From NCBI GenBank assembly GCA_005893295.1, contig VBOY01000007.1, forward strand, positions 27,591-80,301: a stretch of DNA of 52,711 nt, read 5' to 3'. Position 1 is the first letter of the stretch, and the number at the start of each line of letters is the position of its first letter. The notes below the pieces were generated by a model that searched no databases, was not told where the DNA came from, and saw only the letters and a program-made list of their open reading frames with translations. Below, one piece after another: positions 29,499-40,435 of the stretch. The stretch comes from Candidatus Eiseniibacteriota bacterium. Lineage in GTDB: Bacteria > Eisenbacteria > RBG-16-71-46. Both the position numbers and the translations under genes were made by a program.

Positions 29499-30812
29499 AT
29501 GTTCCGCAAGGTCCTGATCGCCAACCGGGGCGAGATCGCGCTGCGGGTGATTCGCGCCTGCCGCGAGCTCAGGATTGCGACCGTCGCGGTGTTCAGCGAG
29601 GCGGATCGCGAGAGCCTGCATGTCCGCTTGGCCGACGAATCGGTTTGCATCGGCCCGCCCGCCCCTTCCCAGTCCTACAACCACATCGCCCGGCTCATCT
29701 CGGCCGCCGAGGTCACCGGCGCGGACGCGATCCATCCCGGGTACGGGTTCCTGTCGGAGAGCGCCCACTTTGCCGAGGTGTGCGCCTCGTGCGGCTTCAC
29801 GTTCATTGGCCCCGCGGCGGACATGATCCGCGCGATGGGCGACAAAGCGGTGGCGCGGCGCACCATGCGGGAGGCCGGCCTGCCAGTCGTGCCCGGCAGC
29901 GAGGGCACGATCGCGGACGTGGACGAGGCCCTCGCCTTGGCCAAAGAGATCGGATATCCGGTGATCATCAAGGCGGCGGCCGGCGGCGGCGGGCGGGGGA
30001 TGCGCGTGGCGGGGGACGGAAAGCAACTGCGCGCCGGGTTCGGGATCGCCCAGGCCGAAGCGGGAGCCGCGTTCGTGGAGTTCCAGCTGTTCGGGGATTC
30101 ACACGGGCACCTGATCCACCTGGGCGAGCGCGAGTGTTCGGTGCAGCGGAACCACCAGAAGCTGATCGAGGAGTCGCCCAGCCCGTTTCTGAGCGACTCG
30201 CAGCGTCGCACCGTGGGAGCGTTGGCGGTGAAGGGCGCCCAGGGGATCGGCTACCTCAACGCTGGAACCATGGAGTTCCTGTTCGACCAGGATGGCTCCT
30301 TCTACTTCATGGAGATGAACACCCGGATCCAAGTCGAGCACCCGGTCACCGAGGAGGTGACGGACCTGGACCTGGTGAAGGAGCAAATCCGCGTCGCGGC
30401 CGGCGAGCGGCTCTCGCTCACCCAGGAGCAAGTGGAATGGAGAGGGCACGCGATCGAGTGTCGGATCAACGCGGAGGACCACGAGAACGGGTTCCGCCCG
30501 AGCCCGGGTCGCATCACCTACTGGTACAAGCCGGGGGGCCCGGGGATCCGGGTCGATAGCCACGTCTACGCCGGCTACACCGTGCCGCCGGACTACGACT
30601 CGATGGTCGGCAAGCTGATCGCCTACGGAAGAGATCGCGCCGGGGCTCTCCGTCGAATGGAGATCGCCCTCGAGGAGATGATTCTCGAAGGGATCAAGAC
30701 CACGATTCCCTTCCATCAGCTCGCCCTCCGCGACCCCCGCTTCCAAGCCGGGGACCTCGACACCCACTTCGTGGAGAAGCTGCTCAAGGGCGAATCGGTG
30801 CCCGCGGCATAG
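29499..30812 (+). CDS. accC: Acetyl-CoA carboxylase biotin carboxylase, with an in-frame internal deletion at 30074/30075
   Basis: [47 protein letters not shown]. Reads AAF|VEFQ where homologs have AAF-x16-VE.Q. Confidence 0.95.
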   Translation: MFRKVLIANRGEIALRVIRACRELRIATVAVFSEADRESLHVRLADESVCIGPPAPSQSYNHIARLISAAEVTGADAIHPGYGFLSESAHFAEVCASCGFTFIGPAADMIRAMGDKAVARRTMREAGLPVVPGSEGTIADVDEALALAKEIGYPVIIKAAAGGGGRGMRVAGDGKQLRAGFGIAQAEAGAAFVEFQLFGDSHGHLIHLGERECSVQRNHQKLIEESPSPFLSDSQRRTVGALAVKGAQGIGYLNAGTMEFLFDQDGSFYFMEMNTRIQVEHPVTEEVTDLDLVKEQIRVAAGERLSLTQEQVEWRGHAIECRINAEDHENGFRPSPGRITYWYKPGGPGIRVDSHVYAGYTVPPDYDSMVGKLIAYGRDRAGALRRMEIALEEMILEGIKTTIPFHQLALRDPRFQAGDLDTHFVEKLLKGESVPAA

Positions 30813-30860
30813 TCCCACGGCCTTCGCGCGGCCGCGATCGAACGAGGTTTCTCTGCCACG

Positions 30861-31568
30861 ATGCGAGTGAGCGTCGATCTGAGGGTCCAGCCGCGGACGA
30901 ACCCAGCCGGGCGCGCCGGCTCGGTGCGCGCGTCGGCCGTCGCCGTGATCGTGGACGTGTTGCGCTCCACCACCACGCTCACCGTGGCGCTCGATCACGG
31001 CGCGGCGCGGGTCGTTCCCGTGGCCACCCCCGCCGAGGGCTTCGCGCTGCGCACGCGCGCGCCCAACGCCCTGTTGTGCGGCGAGCGCGTGGGGCGCAGA
31101 ATCGAGGGCTTCGACCTCGGCAACTCGCCGTACGAGTACGAGGCCGCGAGGGTCGAAGGCCGCGACCTGATCTTTGCCTCGACCAACGGCTCGCGGGCGC
31201 TGCTCGCCGCGGCGAGTGCCCGCGCCCGAATCCTCGCCGCGTTCGTCAACCTGGCGGCGGTCGTCGAGCGTCTCGGCGGCGAGCGAGAGGTGGCGATCCT
31301 GTGCGCCGGGACGTCGGGCGAGTTCGCCCTCGAAGACGCGGCGTGTGCAGGGCTCCTGGTTCGCCGGCTGTGCGCGCGTGGGGCGCGCCCCGCGAACGCC
31401 GCGGCGGGGCTGGCCGGCACGCTCGCGCCCGAGGACGCGGGAGAGGTGCGCTCGATCGTGCACGGCTGCTCGCACGGTCGCTATCTGAGGTCCCTGGGGC
31501 CCGAGTTCGTCCGCGACGTGGAACGGTGCGCCCAGCTCGACACGTTGGGTCGGGCGTTCGCGGTGTGA
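30861..31568 (+). CDS. comB: 2-phosphosulfolactate phosphatase family protein
   Basis: VDVLRSTT, GER.G..IEGFDLGNSP, STNGSRA, FALEDAACAG. Confidence 0.92.
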   Translation: MRVSVDLRVQPRTNPAGRAGSVRASAVAVIVDVLRSTTTLTVALDHGAARVVPVATPAEGFALRTRAPNALLCGERVGRRIEGFDLGNSPYEYEAARVEGRDLIFASTNGSRALLAAASARARILAAFVNLAAVVERLGGEREVAILCAGTSGEFALEDAACAGLLVRRLCARGARPANAAAGLAGTLAPEDAGEVRSIVHGCSHGRYLRSLGPEFVRDVERCAQLDTLGRAFAV

Positions 31569-31602
31569 TTGCGGATGCGTGTGAGGCGACGACCGCACTC
31601 CC

Positions 31603-32614
31603 TCAGGTTCGCTGCGCACGCACCATCATGGTGAAGCCCACCACTCCGAACACCAGGTCGCCGAGCCAGGCGGCGAGGTAGGGAGGCAGGGCCCCGTTGT
31701 GACCCAAGGCTTGGCCCGCCCGCATGAAACCGTAATAGAGAAACGAGATCGCCACCGAGAGGCCGAAGCCGAGCGCGGCGCTCTGCATGCGGAGCCGCGT
31801 TGCCACGGGGGCTCCGATCATGACGACGATGAAGTTGACCAGCGGAAAGGCCAGCTTGAGGTGGAGGTCGACCAGGTAGTTCGAAACGCGGGCACCGCTC
31901 GCCCGCAGACGATCGAGGTAGCTGCGCAGCTCCGGAAAGCTCATCTGGCCGGGCTTGCGGGATTCCTTGGCGAAGTCCTCGGGCCGCTCGGCGAGCCCCG
32001 CAACCGCCAACTTCGTGAAGGGCTTCACGGTCTCGCGCCCCTCCTCGAACGTGCGCTCGTAGCCGGAGGCGAACACCCATTGACGGCCGTCCCAGGTGGC
32101 CTCGGCCGCGTCGATGCGCCGCTCCAGCTCCCCGGCTCGGAACTCCTGCAGTGAGACCTCGTGCATGCGCCGCTCGCGCACCAGATAGAGCCGCATGAGG
32201 AAGATGCGACCGCCACGCCCCAGGTACGTCACGTCGGCTCGCTCGGTCGCGGCGTGCGGGTCCTGATGCTTGATCTGCTCCTCGAAGATGCGGTCGCGCT
32301 CCTGGTTCGCGCCGGGAACCACCGCCTCGCCGAGCGCGAACCGAGCGCATCGCGGTCAGCTCGCCGAACTTGTTGAGCTGCCCCAAGGCCAGGAACGTGG
32401 CCATGAGCAGCGCCACCGGGAGCACCTGCACGACCACCTCGGGGGCCCGGTAGAGGTAGAAGCGCGCCACCAGGAAGGGCGGGGCGTGGTGGTCGAGAAA
32501 CACGTCGATCTTCTCGAAGATGTCCACGACCACGAAGATGGTGATGAATCCGATCAGGCCGAGCAGCAAATAGACGGCGAACTCGCGAAGCAGATAGCGG
32601 TCGAGCACCCTCAT
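31603..32614 (-). pseudogene. lptG: LPS export permease LptG (YjgP/YjgQ family), frameshifted at ~32341
   Basis: MRVLDRYLLREF...PVALLMAT...LGQLNKFGELTAMRS jumps frame to FALGEAVVPGANQ...KLAFPL...LPPYLAAW. The intervening transmembrane segment is absent. Confidence 0.85.
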
Positions 32615-34008
32615 GCGACGGCCCGGGCGCGGGGGCCGGTCGCGCGCACGGCCGCCCCGGGGGGCCGTGCCCCAGGCCACGTCACCTCGCACGCTCGCAG
32701 GGTCCAGCGCAGCCCCAGCGTCCCCATCACGAGATTGGGAAGCCACATGGCGAGCCAGGCAGGAATGATGAGCCGGTTCGCCAGTTCCTCGCCGCCGATC
32801 AAGCACAGCCAGTAGAAGAGGAAGAAGGCTATCGAAAGGAAGGCAACCGCTGGTCCGGCGCGCCGCACCCGCATTCCGATCGGCGCGCCGATCAGCACGA
32901 ACACCACGCACGCCACGGGCAACGAGAACTTCTTGTGGATTTCCACCGACAGCCGGGCCATCTGTTTGCGGTAGGAATCGCGCTCGAGCCGCCACATCTG
33001 GGTATCGATGCGGAGCGCCGGCGAGATGCTGTCGAGTGCGGCGAGCGGATCGCCGTACCCGCGCAGGCGGCTCCACCACCCTGCGATCACGAACCATGGC
33101 GACGGGTGCTCCGCGAGCAGGTTCATCGCCGCCGGCGGCGCCTTGAGCTCCCGATAGCGCTCCCGGCGGGCCTCGAGCGAGCGCCGATACTGAAGCCATA
33201 TCGCGTCGCGCCGATCGAGCAGTGCCCGCGCGCTCAGCTCGCGGTCGCTTCGCGCGTCGCGCGCGGATCGCTCCAGGAGGGCGCCCGCGCCCGGGACGTT
33301 GATCACGTGGGTCTTGAACACGATCCGCCGATACTTGCGCGCCCCGCCCTCGTCGGGCGGAATTTCGTGGATCTCGCCGTCCTTGAGCTCGAGCACCGCC
33401 GTGCGCCCGTCCGGCGTGTAGGTGAGGAAGCCGCGCTTGGCGATGATCGTGGTGGCGGGCCCCTGCGCGTTCAGCTGGTAGATCGTGATGCCGCGCATCT
33501 CGTTGGTGCGCCCGTTCACGGACTGGACCAGCAGATTGTATCCGGGAAGCTCGGTGACGAACACGCCCTCCTGGAGCTTGACAGTCGGCCGCATCCGGTG
33601 AATGTCGATGAGCAGGTTCGCGAAGGAATGATTCGATTCCGGCAGAACGTAGTTGTTGAAGAAGGTGAGCCCGAGGGCAACGAGCAGGGAGGCTGCCAGC
33701 GGGCCCGCCAGCACGCTTCCCAGATGCACCCCGCTCGCCCTAAGCGCCGTGATCTCGTTGTCCTGCGATAGCCTACCGAAGGTCATGAGCACGGCGATCA
33801 GGACGGCGCACGGCACCGCGAGCGCGACGATGTAGCCCAGGGACAGCGCGAAGAGCAGGGCCACGATGCCGAACGCCACCCCGCGGTTGACGATCAGGTC
33901 GAGGTAGTCGAACAGCATGTCCATGACGAGGATGAAGGTCACGACCCCGAACCCGAGGAGGAAAGGAACCAGGTGGAGCCGCAAGATGTATAAGCGCAGG
34001 AGACGCAC
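32611..34008 (-). CDS. lptF: LPS export permease LptF (YjgP/YjgQ family)
   Basis: FGRLSQDNEITALRASG, EIHKKFSLPVAC, WLAMWLPNL. Confidence 0.9.
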   Translation of the reverse strand: MRLLRLYILRLHLVPFLLGFGVVTFILVMDMLFDYLDLIVNRGVAFGIVALLFALSLGYIVALAVPCAVLIAVLMTFGRLSQDNEITALRASGVHLGSVLAGPLAASLLVALGLTFFNNYVLPESNHSFANLLIDIHRMRPTVKLQEGVFVTELPGYNLLVQSVNGRTNEMRGITIYQLNAQGPATTIIAKRGFLTYTPDGRTAVLELKDGEIHEIPPDEGGARKYRRIVFKTHVINVPGAGALLERSARDARSDRELSARALLDRRDAIWLQYRRSLEARRERYRELKAPPAAMNLLAEHPSPWFVIAGWWSRLRGYGDPLAALDSISPALRIDTQMWRLERDSYRKQMARLSVEIHKKFSLPVACVVFVLIGAPIGMRVRRAGPAVAFLSIAFFLFYWLCLIGGEELANRLIIPAWLAMWLPNLVMGTLGLRWTLRACEVTWPGARPPGAAVRATGPRARAVA

Positions 34009-34015
34009 GGAAGCG

Positions 34016-34021
34016 AGCCTA
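34016..34021 (-). promoter_or_regulatory. -10 element, leaderless lptF
   Basis: TAGGCT 7 nt before GTG 34008 on the minus strand; no SD. Confidence 0.45.
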
Positions 34022-34138
34022 CCCTAAGGGTCGCCGTCGGAGCGACCGAAAATGCCCCTAATGGCTTTGACCGTCGTGGCTTGCCCTGTTACGGTGCGGC
34101 CGGCCTGACCGCTCTAGCGGGCGCGGCCCTATCCCAGA

Positions 34139-37100
34139 ATGTCCCCAATCCTGAGCCTTCCGCTGGCCTTGATCCTGGTCGGGCTGCCCCATCTGCCCGG
34201 GCTCCCGGGCGTGCCTGGTTTGCCCAAGGCCGTGAAGGACATTCGCAAGCACCTGCCCAGGCACGTGGCCCCGCTGGACAGCCTCCCGCCGGCATGGAAG
34301 CCGGCGCCCTTGCTCGCCCTCGAGAACCAGTTCGTGCGGGCTCGACTCGCCGCCCCGCGGCCCGGGCAAGACCCGTGGGGCCTTAAGTTCGCCTATGACC
34401 CGCGGCAGGTTCGCGTCAGCTTCGACGCCGATTCGGGCACGGTCCGCTACGCCACCGGGCTGGCAAGCGTCGAGGTGGGAGAGGCGTCGCGAGCGCCGGT
34501 GAGCGCGTTTGCCCGCGATCTCACGCGTACGAACTTCGATCGGCTGTGGCGTGACGCGGCTCGCCAGCAGCTCCAGGCCACGGCCGCCGGCGCGCAAGCG
34601 CAAGCTCGCACGCCGGCCGCGAGGACGGGGATGTCGTTCGAGCTTCCCTCGCCGCTGCCCAAGCGAGTCCAAAGCCTGCTCGGCCCCGGTGGTCCTTCGC
34701 TCAACATCTCGGGCTCGGAGAGCATCCGGCTCTCGGGCCAGAGCGATTGGACGAACCAGACGATCGGCCTGCTGGGCCAGAAGCGATCGCTGTTTCCCTC
34801 GCTCGACATGCAGCAGGACCTCGACATCCACCTGGAAGGACGGTTGTCGGACCGGGTCGGCGTCAACCTGCTCCAGAACTCCGCCAACCAGATCCCGCTC
34901 GAGAACCGGATCGCGATCAACTACAAGGGCGATGAGGACGACCTGGTGCAATCGCTCGACCTCGGCAACACCAGCCTCACCCTGCCGGGGACGCAGTACG
35001 TGTCGTACAGCGGCAAGAACGAGGGCCTGTTCGGCATGAAGGCGACCACGCGCATGGGTCCGCTCGACGTGACGATGCTCGCCAGCAAGCAGGAGGGGAG
35101 GAGCGAGCGGGCCTCCTATGCGGGAGGATCCTCGAGCCAATTCCAGACCCTGCTCGACAAGGACTACGTACGCGGCGTCTATTTCATTCTCTACGATCCC
35201 AACGTGAATCCGGACACCCTGCAGGACATCGACGAGAGCACGATCCGGCTCTACCTCGACGAAGGCACGTACGTGAACCAGATCAGCACGGTGCGCGGGC
35301 GGGCGTTCGTGGACCCGAACCGAGCGTGTACGGACCCGCTGGCGTGCCCGGATGGCCCCGACGCGGATACCGCCCCCGACACCACTCAGTCGCTGCGCGG
35401 CACGTTCCGCCTGCTCAAGCTGGGGGCCGATCAGGACTACGAGATCATGGGCGACGTCTACGGCCCCTACGTCAAGGTGATCCGGATGCGGACCGCGGTC
35501 ACGGGAGAGAACCAAAAGCTCGCGGTCACATACCGCTATCGGCCGGTGGCGAGTGGACAGACGTCCGCGCTGCCGATCGACGTCGGCGGCCAGTCGGTGG
35601 CGGACACGATCCCAGACGCGGATGGCGCGGGCGCGCTGACGATGAAGCTCCTGCGCGCCCCGCTCAACCTGCTCCCCCAGGACGCGAGCGGCAATTTCGA
35701 CACCAATCCCGCCACCGCCCCCTTCGCCGCCACCCGCGAGCTCGAGCTGAAGAACTTCTACCACCTTTCCGGCCAGAGGATCGATCCCAAGACCTTCCAG
35801 ATCGCGATCCGCAAGGGCGATGACGTTCCGCCTCGGACCACGGTGCGGCCCGGAGTTCCCTACATCCAGGTGCTGGGGCTCGACAACTACGACGAGACGA
35901 GCGGCTTCGTAGATTACAGCCACCACGGCCACGACAATCGCGTCGACGGCACGGCGCCGACGAGCAACTTCCGCGCCTTCGTGGACTTCGACGACGGAAT
36001 CCTGTTCTTCCCGGATCCACGACCGTTCGCCCCGCGCGTCGGGAGCGACGCCGAGGGCGGCACGCCCTTCGATCGCAGCGTCGACGCGGTCCTGTTCCGG
36101 GACGAGCGACTGGTGGGCCCTCCGGGCTCGGCGAACGAAGCCAACCCGGCGATCTACGACAAGCGCACCGTGCTCCCCACCGACCGCGAGTACTCGATCG
36201 ACGTCCAGTTCACCGCCGCCCAGGCCAGCAACGAGATCTCGCTCGGGCGCACGAACATCATCGAGGGCTCGGAGGTCGTGACCATCAACGGCCAACCGCT
36301 GACCAAGGATCGCGACTACCGCATCGACTACGACCTCGGCCGGGTGACCTTGATCCGCCAGCTGGGTCCCGCCGACCAGGTCAACGTCGGCTACTCGTAC
36401 GCCCCGCTGTTCCAGCAGGCCGGGCGCACGCTGGTAGCCAACTCGTTCCGTTACGAGGGACCCGCTCGGAGCTTCGGTGGGGCCTTCCTCTACGAGAGCA
36501 AGGGAGCCCAGGATCTGAGGCCCCGGCTCGGCGAAGAGCCTTCGCGCGTGCTGATCGGCGACCTCAACACGGAATGGCACTTCAAGCCCGACTGGATCAC
36601 CCGGCTGGTCGATCGTCTGCCCGGGGTGAGGACCACCGCTCCCTCCGAATTCAACGTCGCCGCCGAGGTCGGGGCGTCGTTCCCCAACCCGAACACGCGC
36701 AACGAGGTCTTCATCGACGACATGGAGGGCGTGCGCGACGCGGTGTCGGTATCCATGACGCCGGAGCGCTGGCGCTGGACCAGCATTCCGCAGCGCAACC
36801 AGGCTCAGGACGTCGAGGAGGCGGCCGACAGCCGGATGGATGCGGAGATCCACTGGTACTCGCCGCTCAACGTCGTCAAGGAGCGGGAGCTCAAGCCTTC
36901 TCTCTCGAACGCCGAGGGCGCCCAGAACACCCATCAGAGCCTGGCGATCTCCCTGCCGAGGCGGCCGACCGCCGCCGTCAGCGGACAGCTCCTGTGGGCC
37001 GGGCTCACCTACCCGATCGACCCGGTCGGGATCGATCTGTCCCGGGCCCAGTTCATCGACGTGTGGGTGAATGACTTCCGAGACATCCCGCGGGTCCGAA

Positions 37101-40100
37101 ACCAGCACGTGAAGCTGCACATCGATCTCGGCGCGGTCTCGGAGGACGAGAGGCGCGCGCCAAACATCCCGCCCAACGGGCACCTGGACAGCGAGGACAA
37201 GCCGCCGCGGGACAACCTGCTCACCGTGACGGACTCCAACAACGAGGACACCGGGCTGGACAACCTGCTCGACGCGGGCGAGGGAGCCGCCCCCACGCCC
37301 GACCTCGTGACGGTGAGCGGCACCGACCCCTCCGGGGACGACTTCCAGCTCCCCGACAAGACCTTCGACAATGACCTGGACACGCGCAAGTGGCGCCTGA
37401 CGAACGGTACCGAGGGCAACAAGAACTTCATTCCCATCCCCGACACCGAAGACCTCAACCTCAACAACGCGCTCGATACGCAGCAGAACTACTTCGAGTA
37501 CACGATCGATCTCGGCGACACTACTTACTTGGAGACCGACGTCTACCACGCCTACGTGGAAGCCCTGGGGGCGAGGGGCGTGTACGAGAACGACAAGACC
37601 CCGATTCCGTCGACCAACGGCTGGCGTCGCTTCCGCATCCCGATCGAAGACGGAGTGAAGTTCGGTCTTCCCGATCTCACGCTCACCCGCCACGTGCGCG
37701 TATGGCTCGACGACGTGCTCGAGACCGATCCGTGCCCGGCGAACGAGTCCGATACCAAGCTGGAGTGCCGGCCGTTCGTGATGCTGGGCGGGCTCGACGT
37801 CGTCGGTAGCCGCTGGTTCGCCGTCGATCTCGACTCGGTCGCGACTCAGGCGGGCACCACGGTCACGATCAATTCGGTCAACACGATCGACAACGCCGAC
37901 TCGTACGCTCCGCCGTTCGACCCCGGCAAGACACGGAGTGGCAACCAGGAGCTGACGCGACGCGAGCAGTCGCTGTCGCTCGAGTTCACCAACCTGCAGC
38001 CGGGCGGCACGGTGGAGGCGTACAAGACCTTCTCCCTCGACGAGGACTACAGCCGCTACGGCAAGCTGAATTGGTTCGCGGCGGGCTTCGATACGCCCGA
38101 CTACGATCCCGCCACCGACGCGCTCGAGTACTACGTGCGGTTCGCGTCCGACGAGAAGGGCAGCAACTACTACGAGGTCCGCGGGCGGGTGCCCCAGCCC
38201 TCGGTCCGGGGTGAAAAGGACGGGAACGGCAAGCCTCTGATCCACTGGGCCGAGGTGCTCTTGACGCTCACCGACCTGTCGAATCGCAAGCTCAGCCCCG
38301 CCTTCCCCAAGGTGGAGCCGATTCTCGACACGGTACCTGGGACGATCCCGAATCAGTTCTACGTGATCAGTGGACGCCCATCCTTCACGCGCATCCGGCG
38401 CATCTCCTTCGGCATGGTGAACTCGTCGGGCAAGGCCTTCTCGCGCGGCCAGGTGTGGCTCGACGAGCTGCGAGCAGTCGACGTGGCCAAGGACGCGGGC
38501 AGCGCCCGGCGCGTCAGCCTCAACGGCCGCCTCGCGAACCTGTTCAGCTACAACCTGGCGTGGAACGGGACCGACGAGAACTTCCAAAGCGTCGGCCAGA
38601 GCCGCGGGAGCGGCAACGCCACCGAAGACCTCAACCTCGGCACCAGCTTCGATCTCCACCGGTTCTTCGAAGGCACCGGGATTCTGCTGCCGGTGAGCTT
38701 CGGGCTTTCGAGCGGCAAATCCTCACCGCGCTTCACGGCCGGGGACGACGTCATCCGTACCGGCGCCGCCGCCGCGGCGAGCGAATCGCGCTTGACGACC
38801 CGGACCGTGGCCGCGAACTACTCGCGCAGCTGGAGCGACCGGAGCAACCCGTTCCTGCGGTACACGCTGGGGGGGATCAGCGCCTCCATCTCGCGCGCCT
38901 GGTCGCAGAGTCGGAGCCCGATCTCGGTCGATTCGTCCAAGACGCTGGCCGCCACCGTGAGCTATGGGATCACCCCGCGACGGCTCCTCGTGCTTCCATT
39001 GCCGGCCCTCAAGACACGCTTCTATCCGCTCCCCGAACGCTTTTGGTGGAACTATTCGATCCAGACCAGCGAGATACACTCCTATGACCGGCTGCGCGAT
39101 ACCACCGGGGCCCTGGTGCTGCGCACGCTGACCAACGGGCGCACCGCCGGGATCGACTTCGGAGCGGACAGTCGTCCGTTCGATTTCTTCCACCACCGCT
39201 TCTCGGCCTACCGCAACCTGACGCTGCCGGAGCCCCTGCGCGAGCAGATCGGCTTCATCAATCTCGGCAAGGTGGTGCGCTGGGACCAGAGCATGGATGG
39301 TCGTGTGGGGGTGCAGCAGTTCGGGCCATGGGTACGCCCGAGCATCGGGTGGAACTCGAGATACTCGCAGAACAACGGGCCGGAGCTTTCCTCCGACCTG
39401 TCGGTCCGCTCGATCTCGAACGGGCAGTCGATCACGATGAACTGGGATTTTCCCTTGGACCGAGTGTTTCCGGCCAAGTCCGACACGAGTCGCGCGCGAC
39501 GAGGCTTTCGCCCGTGGGCGGGACGGCTGAGCGCGGTCTCCACCGACATGCAGTTCAACCGGGGCAGCAGCTTCTCGCGCCTGAGCGGAACCCCTGGCTT
39601 CCTGTACCTGGTCGGCGTGTCGACCAATCCGGGCCTCGGCGCCGACACGAGCGGCCGGGTGCGTCCGCAGTTCGGCAACCGCTCCGACGACAGCCAGGAC
39701 TGGCGAGCGGGAGCCCGTACGTCCCTCAATCTGGGATGGGGTTCGGTGCTGTCGACGCGCGGAGGCCTGACCGGACGCCGACTGGTCTCGAACGGGGTCA
39801 CGAACCGCAGCCGCAGCACCCAATTCCCCGACCTCGACATGGAGTATGGAAAGGTGGCGCAGATCCTGGGCTTGGGCCGCGTGTTCGTCGAGCCACGACT
39901 GAAGACCACGTACAGCCGCTCGCAGTCTGTCGAGTATTTCAATAGCACCCGCGCGACCAGCCTGCTGACCACCAGCGAGTGGCGTCCGTTGCTCGGCGTC
40001 ACCGGGGATCTCAAGAACGGAACTCGCACCGAGCTGCGCATCGAGCGCCGCATCACCCAGAGCGAGAATCGGCTCATCGGCCGGTCGGTGACCACCGACC

Positions 40101-40435
40101 GCAATACCGACCTGAACTTCAGCATGAGCCGGGCCTACACCAAGGGGCAGAGGGTCAACGTGCTCGGCAAGGAGACGGTGGTGAAGAGCAACATCAACTT
40201 GGGCATGACCGCCGTCTATTCGCGACACACCGGGGAGACGACCCAAGCGGGTTTCGGCCTGCCGCAGCAGCAGACCGGCACGGACCGCCTCACCGTGAAC
40301 GGGCAGGGCTCCTACGGCTTCAGCTCGAACGTCACCGGCAACCTCGAGCTCGGATTCGAGCAGCGTCGCGACCTGCAACGAGACTTCGTGAACCGTAGCT
40401 TGCGCCTCGAGTTGCGGGCCCAATTCGTCTTCTGA
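34139..40435 (+). CDS. sprA: SprA/Sov family type IX secretion system outer-membrane translocon (2098 aa)
   Basis: YKGDEDDLVQSLDLGNTSL.LP, GLFGMKA...GPL...LASKQEG, ELKNFY, GSEVVTING..L....DYRIDYDLG.V, FIDDMEG, G.VSED, DTEDLN.N..LD, W..FRIP, VWLDELR; beta-rich C-terminal half ending in Phe. Confidence 0.88.
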   Translation: MSPILSLPLALILVGLPHLPGLPGVPGLPKAVKDIRKHLPRHVAPLDSLPPAWKPAPLLALENQFVRARLAAPRPGQDPWGLKFAYDPRQVRVSFDADSGTVRYATGLASVEVGEASRAPVSAFARDLTRTNFDRLWRDAARQQLQATAAGAQAQARTPAARTGMSFELPSPLPKRVQSLLGPGGPSLNISGSESIRLSGQSDWTNQTIGLLGQKRSLFPSLDMQQDLDIHLEGRLSDRVGVNLLQNSANQIPLENRIAINYKGDEDDLVQSLDLGNTSLTLPGTQYVSYSGKNEGLFGMKATTRMGPLDVTMLASKQEGRSERASYAGGSSSQFQTLLDKDYVRGVYFILYDPNVNPDTLQDIDESTIRLYLDEGTYVNQISTVRGRAFVDPNRACTDPLACPDGPDADTAPDTTQSLRGTFRLLKLGADQDYEIMGDVYGPYVKVIRMRTAVTGENQKLAVTYRYRPVASGQTSALPIDVGGQSVADTIPDADGAGALTMKLLRAPLNLLPQDASGNFDTNPATAPFAATRELELKNFYHLSGQRIDPKTFQIAIRKGDDVPPRTTVRPGVPYIQVLGLDNYDETSGFVDYSHHGHDNRVDGTAPTSNFRAFVDFDDGILFFPDPRPFAPRVGSDAEGGTPFDRSVDAVLFRDERLVGPPGSANEANPAIYDKRTVLPTDREYSIDVQFTAAQASNEISLGRTNIIEGSEVVTINGQPLTKDRDYRIDYDLGRVTLIRQLGPADQVNVGYSYAPLFQQAGRTLVANSFRYEGPARSFGGAFLYESKGAQDLRPRLGEEPSRVLIGDLNTEWHFKPDWITRLVDRLPGVRTTAPSEFNVAAEVGASFPNPNTRNEVFIDDMEGVRDAVSVSMTPERWRWTSIPQRNQAQDVEEAADSRMDAEIHWYSPLNVVKERELKPSLSNAEGAQNTHQSLAISLPRRPTAAVSGQLLWAGLTYPIDPVGIDLSRAQFIDVWVNDFRDIPRVRNQHVKLHIDLGAVSEDERRAPNIPPNGHLDSEDKPPRDNLLTVTDSNNEDTGLDNLLDAGEGAAPTPDLVTVSGTDPSGDDFQLPDKTFDNDLDTRKWRLTNGTEGNKNFIPIPDTEDLNLNNALDTQQNYFEYTIDLGDTTYLETDVYHAYVEALGARGVYENDKTPIPSTNGWRRFRIPIEDGVKFGLPDLTLTRHVRVWLDDVLETDPCPANESDTKLECRPFVMLGGLDVVGSRWFAVDLDSVATQAGTTVTINSVNTIDNADSYAPPFDPGKTRSGNQELTRREQSLSLEFTNLQPGGTVEAYKTFSLDEDYSRYGKLNWFAAGFDTPDYDPATDALEYYVRFASDEKGSNYYEVRGRVPQPSVRGEKDGNGKPLIHWAEVLLTLTDLSNRKLSPAFPKVEPILDTVPGTIPNQFYVISGRPSFTRIRRISFGMVNSSGKAFSRGQVWLDELRAVDVAKDAGSARRVSLNGRLANLFSYNLAWNGTDENFQSVGQSRGSGNATEDLNLGTSFDLHRFFEGTGILLPVSFGLSSGKSSPRFTAGDDVIRTGAAAAASESRLTTRTVAANYSRSWSDRSNPFLRYTLGGISASISRAWSQSRSPISVDSSKTLAATVSYGITPRRLLVLPLPALKTRFYPLPERFWWNYSIQTSEIHSYDRLRDTTGALVLRTLTNGRTAGIDFGADSRPFDFFHHRFSAYRNLTLPEPLREQIGFINLGKVVRWDQSMDGRVGVQQFGPWVRPSIGWNSRYSQNNGPELSSDLSVRSISNGQSITMNWDFPLDRVFPAKSDTSRARRGFRPWAGRLSAVSTDMQFNRGSSFSRLSGTPGFLYLVGVSTNPGLGADTSGRVRPQFGNRSDDSQDWRAGARTSLNLGWGSVLSTRGGLTGRRLVSNGVTNRSRSTQFPDLDMEYGKVAQILGLGRVFVEPRLKTTYSRSQSVEYFNSTRATSLLTTSEWRPLLGVTGDLKNGTRTELRIERRITQSENRLIGRSVTTDRNTDLNFSMSRAYTKGQRVNVLGKETVVKSNINLGMTAVYSRHTGETTQAGFGLPQQQTGTDRLTVNGQGSYGFSSNVTGNLELGFEQRRDLQRDFVNRSLRLELRAQFVF

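Noticed and set aside
30861-31568. comB as evidence of coenzyme M biosynthesis
   Set aside because: Stand-alone ComB homologs are widespread in bacteria, and no comA/C/D/E genes are present here.
34058-38659. 1533-aa antisense ORF opposite sprA, and similar long antisense ORFs opposite infB, pnp and the kinase
   Set aside because: Shadow ORFs caused by high-GC codon bias; no recognisable motifs.
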